This document shows, one piece after another, positions 36,201-50,990 of a DNA stretch of 64,000 nt. The position numbers and the translations under genes are program-made. Source of the stretch: Setoptus koraiensis (lineage: Eukaryota > Animalia > Arthropoda); NCBI GenBank assembly GCA_048013815.1, contig CM106586.1, forward strand, positions 2,232,001-2,296,000. The letters run 5' to 3'. Positions within the stretch are counted from its first letter, which is position 1. Each line of letters starts with the position of its first letter. The notes under the pieces were generated by a model. The model had not been told where the DNA came from. It was given only the letters and a program-made list of their open reading frames with translations, and searched no databases.

Positions 36201-37020
36201 TCCGGCACTGACGGCCCCTAAATCGGGCAAATTACTAGCCCGGCAAAGGCCTCGACTGTGAAGCAGAGAAGTAGCCTGTGTGAAAATGAGCCGAATCGAT
36301 CTACTAGAAAAAAGGCGCTAAATACCGAATTTGGTTGTGTCCAATGATGAGGCAAGCAAATAGAGGAAATGAAATGGAATAAAAATTGTTGCTCGTTGTT
36401 GGATCGACAAATAAACAGCTGACAGATGAAACAGTTAGAAAAAGGGTGATTACAGAATAACAACAGACTATTGTGTGATCAAGGTTGATCGTCAATATCG
36501 GACAGGTTAATGGCGATACATGACTTATCCTAAAGCGGTGAACTTGTTATTAAATGCTCATTAACAATAATGAAAAATAATGCATCGAATCGTTATAATG
36601 AATGACTAACTAACTATAACTAAACTAGATATTTAACTAACGCCAAGTTATATGCCAAGTGACTTGGTTTCGATGCTAATGATTGAGCTCTGTTGTTGTG
36701 TCTGTAACTGGTTGGCCGGTTCCTTTGGCGTGTTAGTCCCTCACTCACTTACTAAGAGTCTAGCCAAAGGTGCAGTCGTTGTCACTGTGATTAAGCCATC
36801 GATAATATGCATAGGCACAATGTGCATATTGTTGTCATATGCAACTGCTGTCATATTAACTGTGATTACTGTATTACGACGACAACATCGACGCCATCGC
36901 ATAATAATTGTACTTGTTGTTGTGGCGACGTCAGCCAAGGCTACCAAAGGTAGCAAAGGGAGAGTAGGAAGGAGCGAAAGAGCGAAAGAGAAGCTGGGCA
37001 AAAACGAAAACGAAAGGGGA

Positions 37021-37024
37021 AACG

Positions 37025-37091
<67 letters not shown>

Positions 37092-37131
37092 AGACAACGA
37101 CGACGACGACAACAACGACAACGACAATGAC
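37021..37131. repeat. Compound (GACAAC)n/(GAC)n microsatellite
   Basis: Read directly; explains the D/N-, R/C- and V-rich ORFs in the track. Confidence 0.92.
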
Positions 37132-40100
37132 AGAAAGAGCCAAAGGGAAACACAGTGACGACAACAACATCGTCAACAACAAGAGTAACGGCAATCCTAT
37201 CCAACCCAAAGCAATGCAATGCACCGGAATATCGGCCAGACCCAATGAAGCTTGAATTTTGTCTAGATTAAAATTGATACAATTTGTAGTGTTTTTTCTC
37301 CTCTTCTCTGCGCTCTTTCGCTTCAGCTTCTCATACTAGCCTGCTCACACAGTCTTGATTTACTACAACACACACAACTACAACTATTACTCGCTGCAAA
37401 ATGCTCATTGACTGACAGAATGATTATAGCTACAGTTTAAAGTTAGTTTGTAATCTCAAGTATGTCTTATGTAACACACGCACACAAATAACTAGTTAGT
37501 TATACAATAGATAGCAGTTGAGGGATCTGTGTGTTCCGTTTGCATGTCATCATGCATCAATAAACTATTAATATTATATCATGATAATATAATATGAGCC
37601 ACTCAGCTGATTAGTGCATGTTTGTCTTACTAAAAGCTCACAAAAGTCAGCTTGTCAGTCTCCCCTCTTCTTCCTATTTCTTCACCTGTGCAACGTTAGC
37701 CGGTTAAGTTGTCGCCGGTGTCGTCGTTGTGACCGTTGCCGGTTTGTTGTGTCTACATAGTCGGTATATCAGTTTATCAATAAAATGTTGTACCATCATA
37801 GAAGCGGCTGTTTGCGCTTCGATAGCTTCCATTTCGATTCTTTCTTCGATGGTTAGAAAAGTTTAGGTGCCAACAGTCGGCCACAGTTAACGCCACATGA
37901 TAGCCAGTCTGTCGGCCTAGCTAATTGTCTATTTACGTCTGTTGCATAATTTTGTTGAACACAACACTCGCTACAATCCTGCCAAACTCATAAATACATG
38001 ATATTATGACGCAATATATGTGTGTGTATAATAATGGCGCGTGTTTAAATTGGATGTATATAAAATGGCAACAGCAACAGCCTTAAAACAATCAATGGAT
38101 AGCATAAGAAAGCTATCCACACATCTTGAACAAATCCACCACATTCAATGTCAATTTATATTGATTTCGTTACTCTCACCTGTATTATATAATGATAAAC
38201 AGTATATTGAATATAGTGACTGGTTGTATGAATATGTTATGTTGGAATAACAGCACAATCATTTCAGACTGGCTGGTGAATCTATCAGGTGTGGACATGA
38301 GTGGCACGAATTGGTGTGTTTTTGACACACAACATGCCCAAATCTAAACAAAATCGCTATACAGTTAGGACAAACAAACGCTGTTGAAACCATCTAAACA
38401 AACTGAAATTGAACAAATTATTCAAATAACCGTTAATCAGCGTTGTTCGTTTATCTCTGCTTGATTTGATCTTGTGTGAGCATTTTTTTTTTAACAAATA
38501 TTCATTCACGGACAAACACATCAAGTCATGTGTTTAAATCGAGAGAAATAAGAATAGGAATGAGATATAAAAATCAAATTTCGCAATTTACTTTGCCATT
38601 AACGAAAGTGGACAAGAGAAAAAATAAAGCTTTTCTCGTTGGTTTGCTTTTTTGCATTATTGTGATGGTTATTATTGTTGCCCATTCGCACAACAACACA
38701 ATGAATTGATAACGCATACAAATTGATTATCCATGGTCGGCATGTGAGCATAACAACATGTTGTTACAGTAATAGCAATAATAATTCAATTGAGGAATGT
38801 CCAACTTTCTTTCTCTCTCTCCCTCTGACAAACCAATGGAATGGAGAATGGAGAATGGAGAAAAGCTATGGAATAAGACTAGAAATTGGTTTTCGTTTGC
38901 TTGTCAAACGGTAGATCACACAGTCGCACTGACAAGCACACATCGCATTGTTAATATTGGTTGTTTCTTTTTTCGACAAGTGATGATGATGAATCAATTA
39001 TGAAACACTTGTTGCTATTGTGACTTGAATACTCAAAGTTGCACCTTTCAATGTTTGTCGGCTCCATCAACTTCTTTTGTCTATTATTCATGAATGAATA
39101 CTAACGAAAGCAGCGACAACAGCAACATAACAGACCACTTGCCCGGAACTGACTAATTGATTACTGTTGATACGATTGTTGCCGTTGCCATGAGCACCGT
39201 GATGATGCTGTTAAAGCTAGTTCAAGTTTTTGCAGCTCGTTGATGCTTGTCGATGTTGATAGTAAACGTAATGTAATTATTGTTGCATGTTGAGACGAGT
39301 CATTGTTGTGACGTGATATTGTGTGTGAGCGCGAACAAAATAATCGAAAAGTTGTTGAGCTCAACAACAACATGATGTAACAAGATGGAACAAAATTTAT
39401 CTCAAATGTGCATTCATATCTGAATTCATGTGTGAATGTGTGTGCAATGAGAGCAAGATGAACTATTACAACTTTAAATTTGTGCCAATATCTTCAACTA
39501 TTATTTGCCAACTATAAACTTATTACGGGACACTTTTGTTTGACCCAACGCGTTCGATTCATATGATTTTACTTGCAACATGCACTCACCTTGATACTCT
39601 GTTTGTTGTATCAGAGTTATTTAGTCGTACCAATGGCTCTTCAATGCGTAGACATTCTCTCGCTGCTTGATAGGTAATTTTTCATTAGATTCTTTAGATG
39701 GATTCAAGATACAGAGAGAATTTTCTTTCTTTTCTTCTTTTAATCATTCAATTGATCACCACTGATTTAGCATGAATTTGAATTTGAATTTGACGTTGAG
39801 TGCGACTAATTAATTGAGCTCGCTATGGATGCAACCTTAATGTTGCCATCATTGTGATAGAATGTTTTTGGGGCTTGATGTTGTCGCGTTTGTTGTCAGT
39901 GGTGCAATGTGATGTGATGATGCGATACGATGCTACGATGCAGTGACATGTTATATCTTGTATTCACTTTATTAAAACTAATATTAAATTGAGGTAAATC
40001 TGAGGTTGCTGTCGCTTTGTGACGTAACGAGACAAGTTGATTGGATATTGGATTTTGTGCGATGATCCATTATAGTTGAATGAGAATTTGCTGTAAAAGC

Positions 40101-41390
40101 TCAACACTGGTATGAACACTTTCTACATTGCAATCACAACCATCTTTATCTATGTATGGTTGACAATTGTTGAACGCGATAATAGTTGATTATTTGATTA
40201 TTATTATTATTATTTTCTTGTGTGCGTGTGTTTGCGGGAAAAGTGATGATAAAATAATACTAATAATAATAATAGCTGCTAATAATATTATCTGAAATAA
40301 TTCATTGCCGTTGTACTTGGCGCTGTTATAATAATTGCTATAACAGACAATGATTCATATGATAACGAGTGGACTAGCAATATTTATTATCTATTATTTA
40401 TCTGTGAGTGAGTAATTTTAATGGCAACTGAATTATTATGACTTTAAATTCAAAATCGAATTTTAAGGGCAAAAGGAAATGTGCGTGTGTGTGTTGTCTA
40501 ATTCTAATTAAGATGTCACATAATAGTGGCAAACTTATTGACATGTAATTTGACTGCTCGCTCTCTGTTAATAACTATCCTTGATTAATAATAATTTATC
40601 TTCCTTCTAACAACATGCATCCCAATGATAAGAGTCGCCGATGACTTTAGATTGGCGCTCACTGTAGACTGATGATCACTGTGTGCAACCAAATAATTAT
40701 AATTATTAGATTAATGGATATTAGCAGTGCTGACAGTCAACATTGAACATAATTCGTCAGGTAGAATTAGAGTCAAATATCATCATATCATATTCTCTTA
40801 TGGGTGAGTGTGTGTGTGTGCGTCGACTTGTGATTGTGGTGACTTGTTGGTTGTTGTGTATTGTTGTGAATCAAGGCAACGACGGCGACGGCGACGGCGG
40901 CGACGACGACGATGGTGACAATTCAGCCACCAATAACGACAAACGAAGCTAAGTAAATTAAGCGAACGAATCGAATCAAATCAAATCATAGAATTGAATT
41001 GATTCAAAGGGCAATAGAAATGGAAACGAACAAACCTGTTGCTTACTTGTCGTTCATTCGTTTGCCTGCTTGCTTGCTTGTTGCTTATGTTGCTACTTCG
41101 TTTTACGTAATGAATGACATCGACATCGACAGCGACAACGACAGCGCCAGAGACGGAGACAGACAGAGACAGTGAGAGAGAGAGAGAGCCGGACATGTTA
41201 CATAATAGTATAGATATAGTAGGCCTTTCGTTTCATCTCGTTCGTTTCGCTCTCTTCTCTACTTAGCTCTTTTCACTAATTCACTAGTTGTCTTTCAGTA
41301 TGATATCAGTCAGTCAGTCGGCGGGCGAGCGAGCGAGCTAGCCAGTCAGTTAGGCAGCTAGTTTAGTTTGCACCACCACCAGCGTCACAA

Positions 41391-41460
41391 CCAAGTCGAG
41401 CCCAGTCGAGCCGAGCCGAGCCAAGCCAAGCCGAGCCGACTCGAGCCAAGCCAAGCCAGA
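41391..41460. repeat. Degenerate pentamer array (CCGAG/CCAAG/TCGAG)
   Basis: Read directly. Confidence 0.85.
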
Positions 41461-44400
41461 CCGTGTGCCTATCCATCCACCTGTCTCAGAAGCACCTGTA
41501 CACTAGCACCAGTGCTGCACTGCTAGTTAGCTTAACGACTCTCTCTCTCTCTCTCCTTCTGCAGTCATCTGGCATCTTATCAGTTCCTCCAGTTGAGTCA
41601 GCTGAGCAGCAACAGCAACAACGGCAACAACGACAGCGACAACAACGACAGCGACAACAACAACAAACTATTTCATCAACATTGGCTAACATACAGAGAC
41701 GAGTGACTGTGCTTTTTGCGCTCTCTTGTCATGACTTAAAAACTCCACAGTTTACCCATCAGCAAGAGCAACACATAGATGAAGAAACAAAAAGCCATTG
41801 TTACATAACATTGCTGGCGAGCCAGTAGGCTAGCCAGATAAAGAATCTCTCTGCGCCCGCCCTCCAATGGAATTTTTGTTAACTGCAAACTGTAAGAGAA
41901 GCCAACAGTTGTTGAACACACTACCACCTCTGTCTGTCTCTTAACTGATCTAGCCACTACTGGCTCGCCATATATCTTATATATCTCATACCAGCTAGCT
42001 AGCCAGCCATTGAGCCAGCAAACCATACAGCGGCGCCGTCTATGCCAACTATCCAATTTATCCCAGTGCCAATAAAACAACCTGTTCTTTAATTATTACA
42101 CGACTTGCTTTTGCTTTACTTTTTGGAGAAACACACACACTCACTGAGATGAACATCTCGCTTTCTCTCTGCCTAAGTCTCATTCACCTGTACACCAGTT
42201 TCGGGGACCGTGCTTCACTCATGCAACATCCAATATAAATCTCAATATCGAGCCGGCAAATTGGGAATTATCAATCAGCTTATAACATTGATAATAATGA
42301 TATCTCATTTTGAAACATACAATCAGCTTATAAAGGCACTTTCTATTTTTGCTCACTTTAGCCGGCCTGTTAAGCTTACTCACAATGGCGACAACATCAT
42401 CATCACTCACTCAGAGGACACTGTTGAACAGAGTGCGTCTAAACTGTTGTGTCTGACGAACTTCCGTTGTGTGCCAACAACTCAACCTTTAGTGTCAGTA
42501 GCAACAAAACAGTGGCGACACTTGGTGGATCAAACAATAATAACAATATTATTACCTCGTAGATAATTATACTCGGCAAGCAGCCAGTTGTGCGTTACCT
42601 AACAAACAAAAAGATACATGTGTGATTTATGGTGCGAGTTCTTTTCATAGTGGCACGCGCAGCACGAAACCCCGGTGAGTTTGTTTTTATCTCTGTTTGT
42701 TTCAGTCTGTACGCAACTGTGCTTGTGTTGTCGTTGTCGTCGTCATCATTGGGTTGCTTTACTAACATTATTTATCGCTGATTATTGATACTGATACTAC
42801 TTAATATGCGATAGATAATAGTTGATTGTGTGTTAATAGCTAATTGGTTTAAGTAAGCCCGCTGATAGTTGATCACAAGTTGTTTAGTGAGGTGAGCTGT
42901 TAGTTGGAGCAATCAAATAGTTGCAGCGCCTTCGACAACAGCAACAGCAACAACCAACCAACAACTAGCCGTACATAGAACAGTGAACGGCAAGATTATG
43001 GCAGTAAGACACACACACATTTACAGAGCTTCGTTAGCGATTTGTTGAGCTTCATTTGTTTTGCTTTGTTTAGCTGACACTTGTATGTCAACTATTGCAA
43101 CTTGCTAACTCTGTTCCACTGTTAACTAACCCAACTGCCAGCTAGCTCAACTGTTAACCAACTCAACTAAGGGGAGAAAGGGAGACACAACAACGACAAT
43201 AGCGATTAACAATTACCAACAATAAATACTAACAGCGGATGCAACAAACAACATTGTAGTGCAAACTTTATAACCAAAGCCAAACATTCATGCCAATAAC
43301 AATAAGTTCATTACGTAATCAATACTGCTGTTACCTTGGCAATGTTAGTAAGACTGGGCAAGCAAAACATTGAATAGATGTATGGCATTAAGTAGCTCGT
43401 GAATTGGCTATTATTGCATGTTGCAACATGCTGTCTGTTTGTGTCTATTGAATCATGTAAATTGAGTTAGTTTGTTGTGTGCCGTTAGCTGGCTTGCGTT
43501 GGCCGGCTTTAAATGCTTCAACGCCACTCATTCAAACAATATGTTAAAGATAATAGAATAAATAATAAATTGAAACTTGAATTCTATTCAATAGAACGGG
43601 GGATGTCGCATCGAATTCATTTCACTAGAATTGCAATCAAAATCGAGAGTGGCTCAAAAGCGCCCGATGTTGTTGTTGACCTTTGATTTGAGTTGCTGCA
43701 CACAGCTTTGTTTTGGCATATCTCTCTCGCTCTCTGGCTCTCTGGCTCTCCCTCTCTCGTCCGCTCTCAACCTTCTTTCATTGAATTTAGCACTTTTCGT
43801 TGTTTCAATCCGTTGGATATTGAAATTTATTATTATTATTGTTTTTACTCTGTCGCAATCCGCTCAGTTGGCTCATTTATTATTAGTCAGTCATCACTTT
43901 TTTGAAACTTTTGAAAGCGAAACTTTTCTGCTTGCCTGTGGCCGAAACGACTCTATGCCAAGGGCCCATCATTGGCCATTGTCATGGCTACCTGGCACTG
44001 GCAAACGAATGCAACGATTGCAACGATTGCAACGATTGCAATGGCATGCACAGAATGCAATGGCATTGGCTGGTGGCTTCTTTCGCCAGCTTTGGCAGCC
44101 AGCTGAACTGGTCATGCAAACATAAGCGCACGATGAGCAGTAACGGATAAAGGATAGAGGATAGAGAATAAAATTCAAGTTCGTTGTCCGTTACCCAGTG
44201 CAATGTTTAGCAGTAGTAGCGGTGGCTGTTGGTAGTATCAATGTTGTGCCATATGGAAGATTGTACCGTTTTGAGTAGCGTTGAAAGTTGTAAAAGAAGT
44301 GACTGTTGGCAACATCAATTTGAATCATCAACAATACCAATGCTAATGGCCGCGGTCTGGTGCTGTCGTCTGGAAGTCGATTGAATTGAATTGAATTGAA

Positions 44401-44665
44401 TTTGTCAAGCTCGTACTCGCTAACGACAACCCCGTCAGAGATGGGTTAGTAGGATGGTAAGACGGTGATAGTTGGACGAACAAGTGAAATAAGGAAAAGC
44501 GCATGACATTGGCTGTTGTATTGTTGCTTCAAATGGCAACGACAATGGCGTTAACGACAAACCATAAGAGACACAGAGAACGAACTTCTTTTAGAGAAGA
44601 TAACGAACAAAGTTCAATGGTTTGTCGAACGGATTATATTGTGTCTAGGTGACATTATTATCATT

Positions 44666-44804
44666 TATCCATCTATCCGTCAGTCCGTCCATTCATTCGT
44701 TCGTTCATTCATTCATTCATTCGTTGGTTCGTTCATTCGTTCATTCGTTCGTTCGCTCGTTCGCTCGTTCGTTGGTTCGTTCATCTATCCATCTATCCAT
44801 TCAT
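44666..44804. repeat. Compound tetranucleotide mosaic (TCCA/TCAT/TCGT/TCGC)
   Basis: Read directly. Confidence 0.88.
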
Positions 44805-47502
44805 CGGGTCTATAAGTGTGTTAGCTGTCTACCAACTACCAATGTATCCAATCTCAATCTCAATCTCAATCCATCTATCAACATGACATCGCGTTCAACT
44901 GACAAGAGATGAATGTCAACCAATTGTAAGCAATAACCACACCAACTACAACAGGTGCAATAAGAGCAATTACATAACTTGTGCTGTGTACCTTACTATC
45001 ACTATCACTAGCATTATATATTATATACATAATACATGTATATAATATATAAGCCAATAGCATAGGATGACGTTGCATTGGATTGCATTGGATCGGATTG
45101 GATTGGATTGGATTAAATGACATTGTGCAACATTGACCAGACCGACAATGAATTGAAGTCTCGTTAAAAAACGACACTTGAATTAGTTGCACCAACCACT
45201 ATTAACTATATAACATGGTCACATGGTGTTTGTTCGTTATGTAATGAACGGATTGACATCATTATTATCATTATCATTATTTCTATACCATTACTTGCAC
45301 TATCACTATCACTATTAGCATTATCATTAATATTATTATTATTATCATTGCTACCAGCACTGGTATTGCCCACTATGACCAGCTATATGGCAATGTAACA
45401 GGACAGCATTGGATATATCTGGTGGCATATAGTTATAGTGGAATTATGTGTATGTAAGTGTGTGTTGACAATAGTTGAACGATGATAGGCCGGCGATTGA
45501 GTGCAATCAACTTCACCACTGCAACAAATTCTAGTAGCTCCCAATTGAATCATTGCACAAACACTTTTATCTCAGTTTTATCTCAAAGTATCTCTAGCCA
45601 TAATTGAGAGTTGAATTGGTGTTGGTAATAGTGGAGTTGAACACTAGCTCGCAACTATTACTCAATGCTAAAATAAAGATCAATGCACTTGTTGCCTGTG
45701 TAAAACAAAAGTCATGTTCAACTTTCTCTATGTAAGTGCCCATGGGCTAGACCCTACGTGTACTTCTACGAGCAATGCAATGACTAATGACAATTTGCAT
45801 ATTTAGCATCACTCATTTACCTTGGCTCACATACAAAGTAAAATGATGACTTACACACTATGATACACGCTTGATTACTCGACAGCATCTAACCAGCATT
45901 GAAAAATTAGCTTAATGATACTCGAATCAAATGTTAATATTTAATTACTACTGCTGGCGTGTCTAGACATCAACTTAACTTGCAGTTCATATAACTCTGC
46001 CCGTAATAATAATGATAATAATCAACCATGTACAGATATTGTTGCAACTTGCAATAATACTCACTGGTATCATCAACGCACTGCCATCAACTTGTGAGTG
46101 ACCATTGGGCAAAATTCAATTTTCATTTCATCATTGAAATAAAACTTTATAGCTTCCCTATTTCGGTTTCATGTTTCCCCCGTTTGTTGTCGCTCTGAAA
46201 ATTACTTCCGATTTCCATGTTTGTCTCAAATCATATTCACGGCACAGTCATACACATAGACACATGTATGTAGATGGATGAGTAAAGATGAACTCAAGTT
46301 TATCTACCCTCAAAATACGTTGTATATTGAACATTGAATCATCATCACACAGTAGTAATCTGATGAATGAGAACTGACAAAATTGATTGCAAAATTTTCT
46401 CATCTATCCAATAAATCAAATTGGTTACCTTCAGACCATTCTGATATTTCTAATTAGTTTTTTCTCTTTCTATTAACACTGGACTGGATTATTTATCATT
46501 ATTTATTACATTCTCACTCGTTGGCCAAGAGATGACACTTGACCAGAACCAGGGCCAGTCTGGCGTGTGACATCATCATCAATGCTCGTAGTAAAATTCT
46601 GTTTTATTGATTATTCTTTCACCAACAGAGAGTATCGCACAACTATAATCGTATTTATGAGGACATTGGAACTTTTCTTCGTTTTCTTTCGACAGATTTC
46701 ATCGTTCCAAACCACAAGCATCAGACATATAGTCAACTCTTGCTTGTTTGATCTATTATTTATTGCCAACCTACATGCACTTTGTTGACCCCAGCATCAT
46801 CCTCATTATTTTGTGTCTTTTCTGTATTGTGTTCATGACCTTACATGCAATCAATAGTATGAAAGCATACTATAGTCTAGACAGCAATGAAATAAACTGA
46901 TCCAATGTTCATTTTCCTGCAGGGTAGTGAACCAATTTCAATCGTAAATTAAGACAACCGGAAGATCATTTTTTTTTCTGCCGTCTAGTCTAGACACGAT
47001 TAAAGATTCTCCAAGGGCTTTTGTAGTAAGTGGAATCGTATGCAACGTGATCAAATTAGTCCGGAGATTTCCTACCAGCGTTTTTAGTGACCAATTATAA
47101 TCAATACACTCATTTGTGTAACATTGTTGTAGGTTATTTGATTATTTTTTATTACATATTGACGGTGTGAGATATGGGTACGTGATATTTTGAACGACAT
47201 GTACTCTGCCTTGTCAATCAAGACTCAACTGTCTAACAATACAGTTTACATGTTTCAATGTAAGAACGTGCCTGGTTTGTCAAAAAGTGTGAAAAATTAC
47301 ACTCTTTCTCTCAGTTACGTGACCATTTTGGCTTAATTAATTTAATTCTGTTTGATCTAGCTGGTTCTAGTTTATGAGTGCGCGTGTGACGTGCTTGTAA
47401 TTGATTGTAATTGATTATGAACTGCCAGTTGGACAGTTAATTTAGATCTAGCGATGTTATGTGTGTGGAAGTTTCCGAAGAAATCAACAAGCCAAGAGAG
47501 AA

Positions 47503-47505
<3 letters not shown>

Positions 47506-47540
<35 letters not shown>
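47506..47540. repeat. (GA)17 microsatellite
   Basis: Read directly. Confidence 0.95.
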
Positions 47541-47545
<5 letters not shown>

Positions 47546-50500
47546 CGGACGTGAAGCCTTAGCCGTTTTTTCTCTTGTTACGTAGGCACCCCTAGCTTAC
47601 AAGTGAGAGGAGAAGGGAAAGTTCATCTTACATTCATGATTACATACATTATATAGGCTCTTGTTGCTTCTTTTATCAACATTTACAACACAATTTATAC
47701 CTAGTTTATTGCGCCCATCAAGCGGAGAACGACGATGTGAGTAATTAATGAGTCTTAATTAATTCAGGTTTTAGAACAGACAGCGGCGGCAGCAGTTGCT
47801 GTGTTTTTGGCTCATCAATGACAAAATCGTCTCAGTATAAGTTATATTATATAATACAGACAGCACAACTGCACAAATGTGAGGTAAACTAATCTTACAT
47901 TATTATTTCAGTGAAGCAAGTTAAGTTGGCCACCAGAATCACTAAAAAGTATCAAGTATTAACACTGAATAGATAGTAGTAACCTATCAACTTATTAGAT
48001 TAATTTAGATCTTGCCTTCAATCTTAGTTCAAGTCCAATCTGAACTGAAATTGCCATCAACAGTCATCCACTTGGAAATAAAAGAAAGAAAGAAACTATC
48101 TGATTATTGGATGTTGCTGTTGCCCTGTTGTTTGCGCCAAAAGCAATGGTAATTTAATGTCTTCTCCCTTCTCATAATGCAACGCGAATACATTGGCATT
48201 GAATACGAAATATATCGACTATTTCCAGCAATGCTAACAAATCAAGCTAACTAGATAATTGTCACTAGTTTTGGTTATCAGATGATTAAGTTTATATCAG
48301 GTATTGTACAGGTGAGACTTTATAGTTATTGAGACTAATTGATATGACTGAACAAGTGATACAAGCAAAGAGTTGTAACTCTTTCCCTCTCTTTTATTTA
48401 TTTCTTGATCTTTCGAGACTTTCTAGCTTTCGTCGTTCATTTATCTCTAGTTTCCTTTTCCTTCTTTCCTTCCTTCCTTGATATATATATTATATAACCG
48501 GTAATATATCATCATCAATTAAATATTAAGTTTGTACATTTCCATTAGGAGATTACTCAATATTCATTAGCGTAAAAGGAATGCGATTAAACTGCGTCAC
48601 GAGCATATGCGTAGTCAATTTTGCATCACCCAAAACTTGAGCAATTGATTGTAAATATTAAAATAATTATACTTACATGATAATATCTAATATTGATCAA
48701 TTGCATTTATCCTGACATGTCGTGCTTGTGTGCCTCAAATAATGGTTGATTTATAGTCTTATATAATATAAACGACATAAGTAGCGATTGATAATCAATT
48801 GAGTGACCTAACCGCATGCAGTTAAGTGGTTAGGTTTGTGGTGAAGGTTTGTTTGGCAGATTATTTACCATGAGGAGTGGTTGACATTGACATTGACATT
48901 GACTATTTTCTCGACCAATTACAATCAATTGTTGCGTTCATCGTGAACTCGCACTCATCTTTCGACTCCATACAAACTGGTGATAGGTTATAATGTTCAC
49001 TGTGTCGATCATTGATTGGTACCATACAGAAAAGCAGACAAGAATGCGAATTAGAGATATCGCACAAATTAGTACCAGGATACATTTGTACTATTGATAC
49101 AAGTTACGTAATATACACTAATTAATGATATATGTTGCTGGGGCCAGAAGAAGTAGCAAATGGTACAACTCATTGAAACTTTAGCTATGTTCTTATTAAT
49201 GATAGATCGATTTTACTAACATAAGAATGTTAGTAAAATCAATGATGACTATTATCCATATTTCATTTCATAAGTTTGCTGTGTCATTCAATCGGTTTCG
49301 GCTAGAGGCGCTACAATCGATGCGAAATGCGACAATCAACTGGCTCAGACCTTAAAAATGTTTCTTCTCATCAAGAGAATCTCATGGCATCACTATTGCA
49401 TCTGACCACTTCAAGAAGCGACCTCTGATGATGCTTCGCATGAACTACACAACAAGCACATTCGAGAGGTACTCACATCAAATAAATAACCAGATGAGTG
49501 TCAAGATATTGTGGTGAGCATAAAGCACGAATGACTTCTTTTTTTTATATTATATTTGCACCGAAATAAATTCTAACCCGAGATGGTGAAAGTGATCGGT
49601 TCATTACTATCTATATATTTGATACTAATGGATGTAAGAATCAACTGAGATGTTGATTTTTTGTTAGCTGAATTGAGTGCTGTTAAATAATCGCTTATGT
49701 AAACTTATACAATTCTGGCCAAATCTATCTATCTACATCGTCACAAATTAAGATTGATTAAAATTAACGACTTTTGTTTCACTTGATCAACTCATTCACT
49801 AGCAGATAAGTCCTGCAAAAAATGAGTAAGTGGGGAGTCTCTGACGCTTTATCATGTCTCGTCATCATTTTTCAACTGCGGCTAACTAAAGATTGTCTAG
49901 AAGATTAATCATGTTACTAACAGAATGACAATAAATCTGTCTATTCATGAATTGAATTTATCATTATTCATTCATATCGTCAATGTACAATGATGAAATA
50001 TATAGATGCGAAAATGGTACAAGTTGTATAAGTGAAGTAAGAATGCCAGTTGGTTAATAAAAATCAACGATATGCCACGTGATTGAGTTAATTATTACAA
50101 TCAAATATTGTATTGAAAATGATTAATGATTATTAATACTTTGAGAAATTCAATATCGTGAGTATGAGTCAATCTAGTAATAGAATAAATAGATATTCTA
50201 TACATTGACGAACACAAATTTAAGATATTTATAAAAATAATAATCTGGGGAACAATTGGCGCGAATCAATTTAATTCAGACATTAGTATCAAGTTCCGTC
50301 CGCTTCTTACGCTATTCCAGTTGTTCAATTATCAAATATTTCCAAAACACCAGTATCCACGGATTATCTCTAATGATTTCGCCCTATGATTGATTGGAAT
50401 TCGTATTAAAGAATTCAAACTGAATTATTCAATCCAAGTACGATGACGCAAGAATTTCGACAGCGCTCCAAAGCCAAGGGGCCTGTCTGCACGTGAGCAT

Positions 50501-50990
50501 TAATGTTCACATGCCCAACTCAAGACGATGCCGGAAATAGTTGGAAACTCTCACATGGGGCTCAACCAAAACAAATAGCAACTTGTGTATTGATTGATTG
50601 ATGAACAACTTTTCGGGTTGTTGTAAATATATGGGCACCCAAATATATGTGGACACAAGTACTGCATATTGATTGACGCACATAAACTATAGTTATAAAG
50701 ATAGAAAGATTAGATTGGTCGACAGTTAATCTAAGCACTGATAATTGCATTGATCTGGGACTAGACATGCCTCTGTATCATTATATGAAGTAAATGTTTC
50801 ATTAGCTTGACTGTCTCTATCTATTTTTGTGTAGCTTACCAATTATGATGGTTGATATGTATGGGTTGTTTGCTGAAGCGTTTAAATCACTCATGGAGGC
50901 TACTAATCAACCAAATGGAAATCAATGTGAGTTCGGCTGAATTCATTGCTACATATTTGATTTAATTCACAAATGAATTCAATGATCATG

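Noticed and set aside
36652-37245. 168-aa ORF with D/N tail and its antisense partners
   Set aside because: Open frames created by the stop-free (GACAAC)n/(GAC)n array; no domain and no supporting splice structure.
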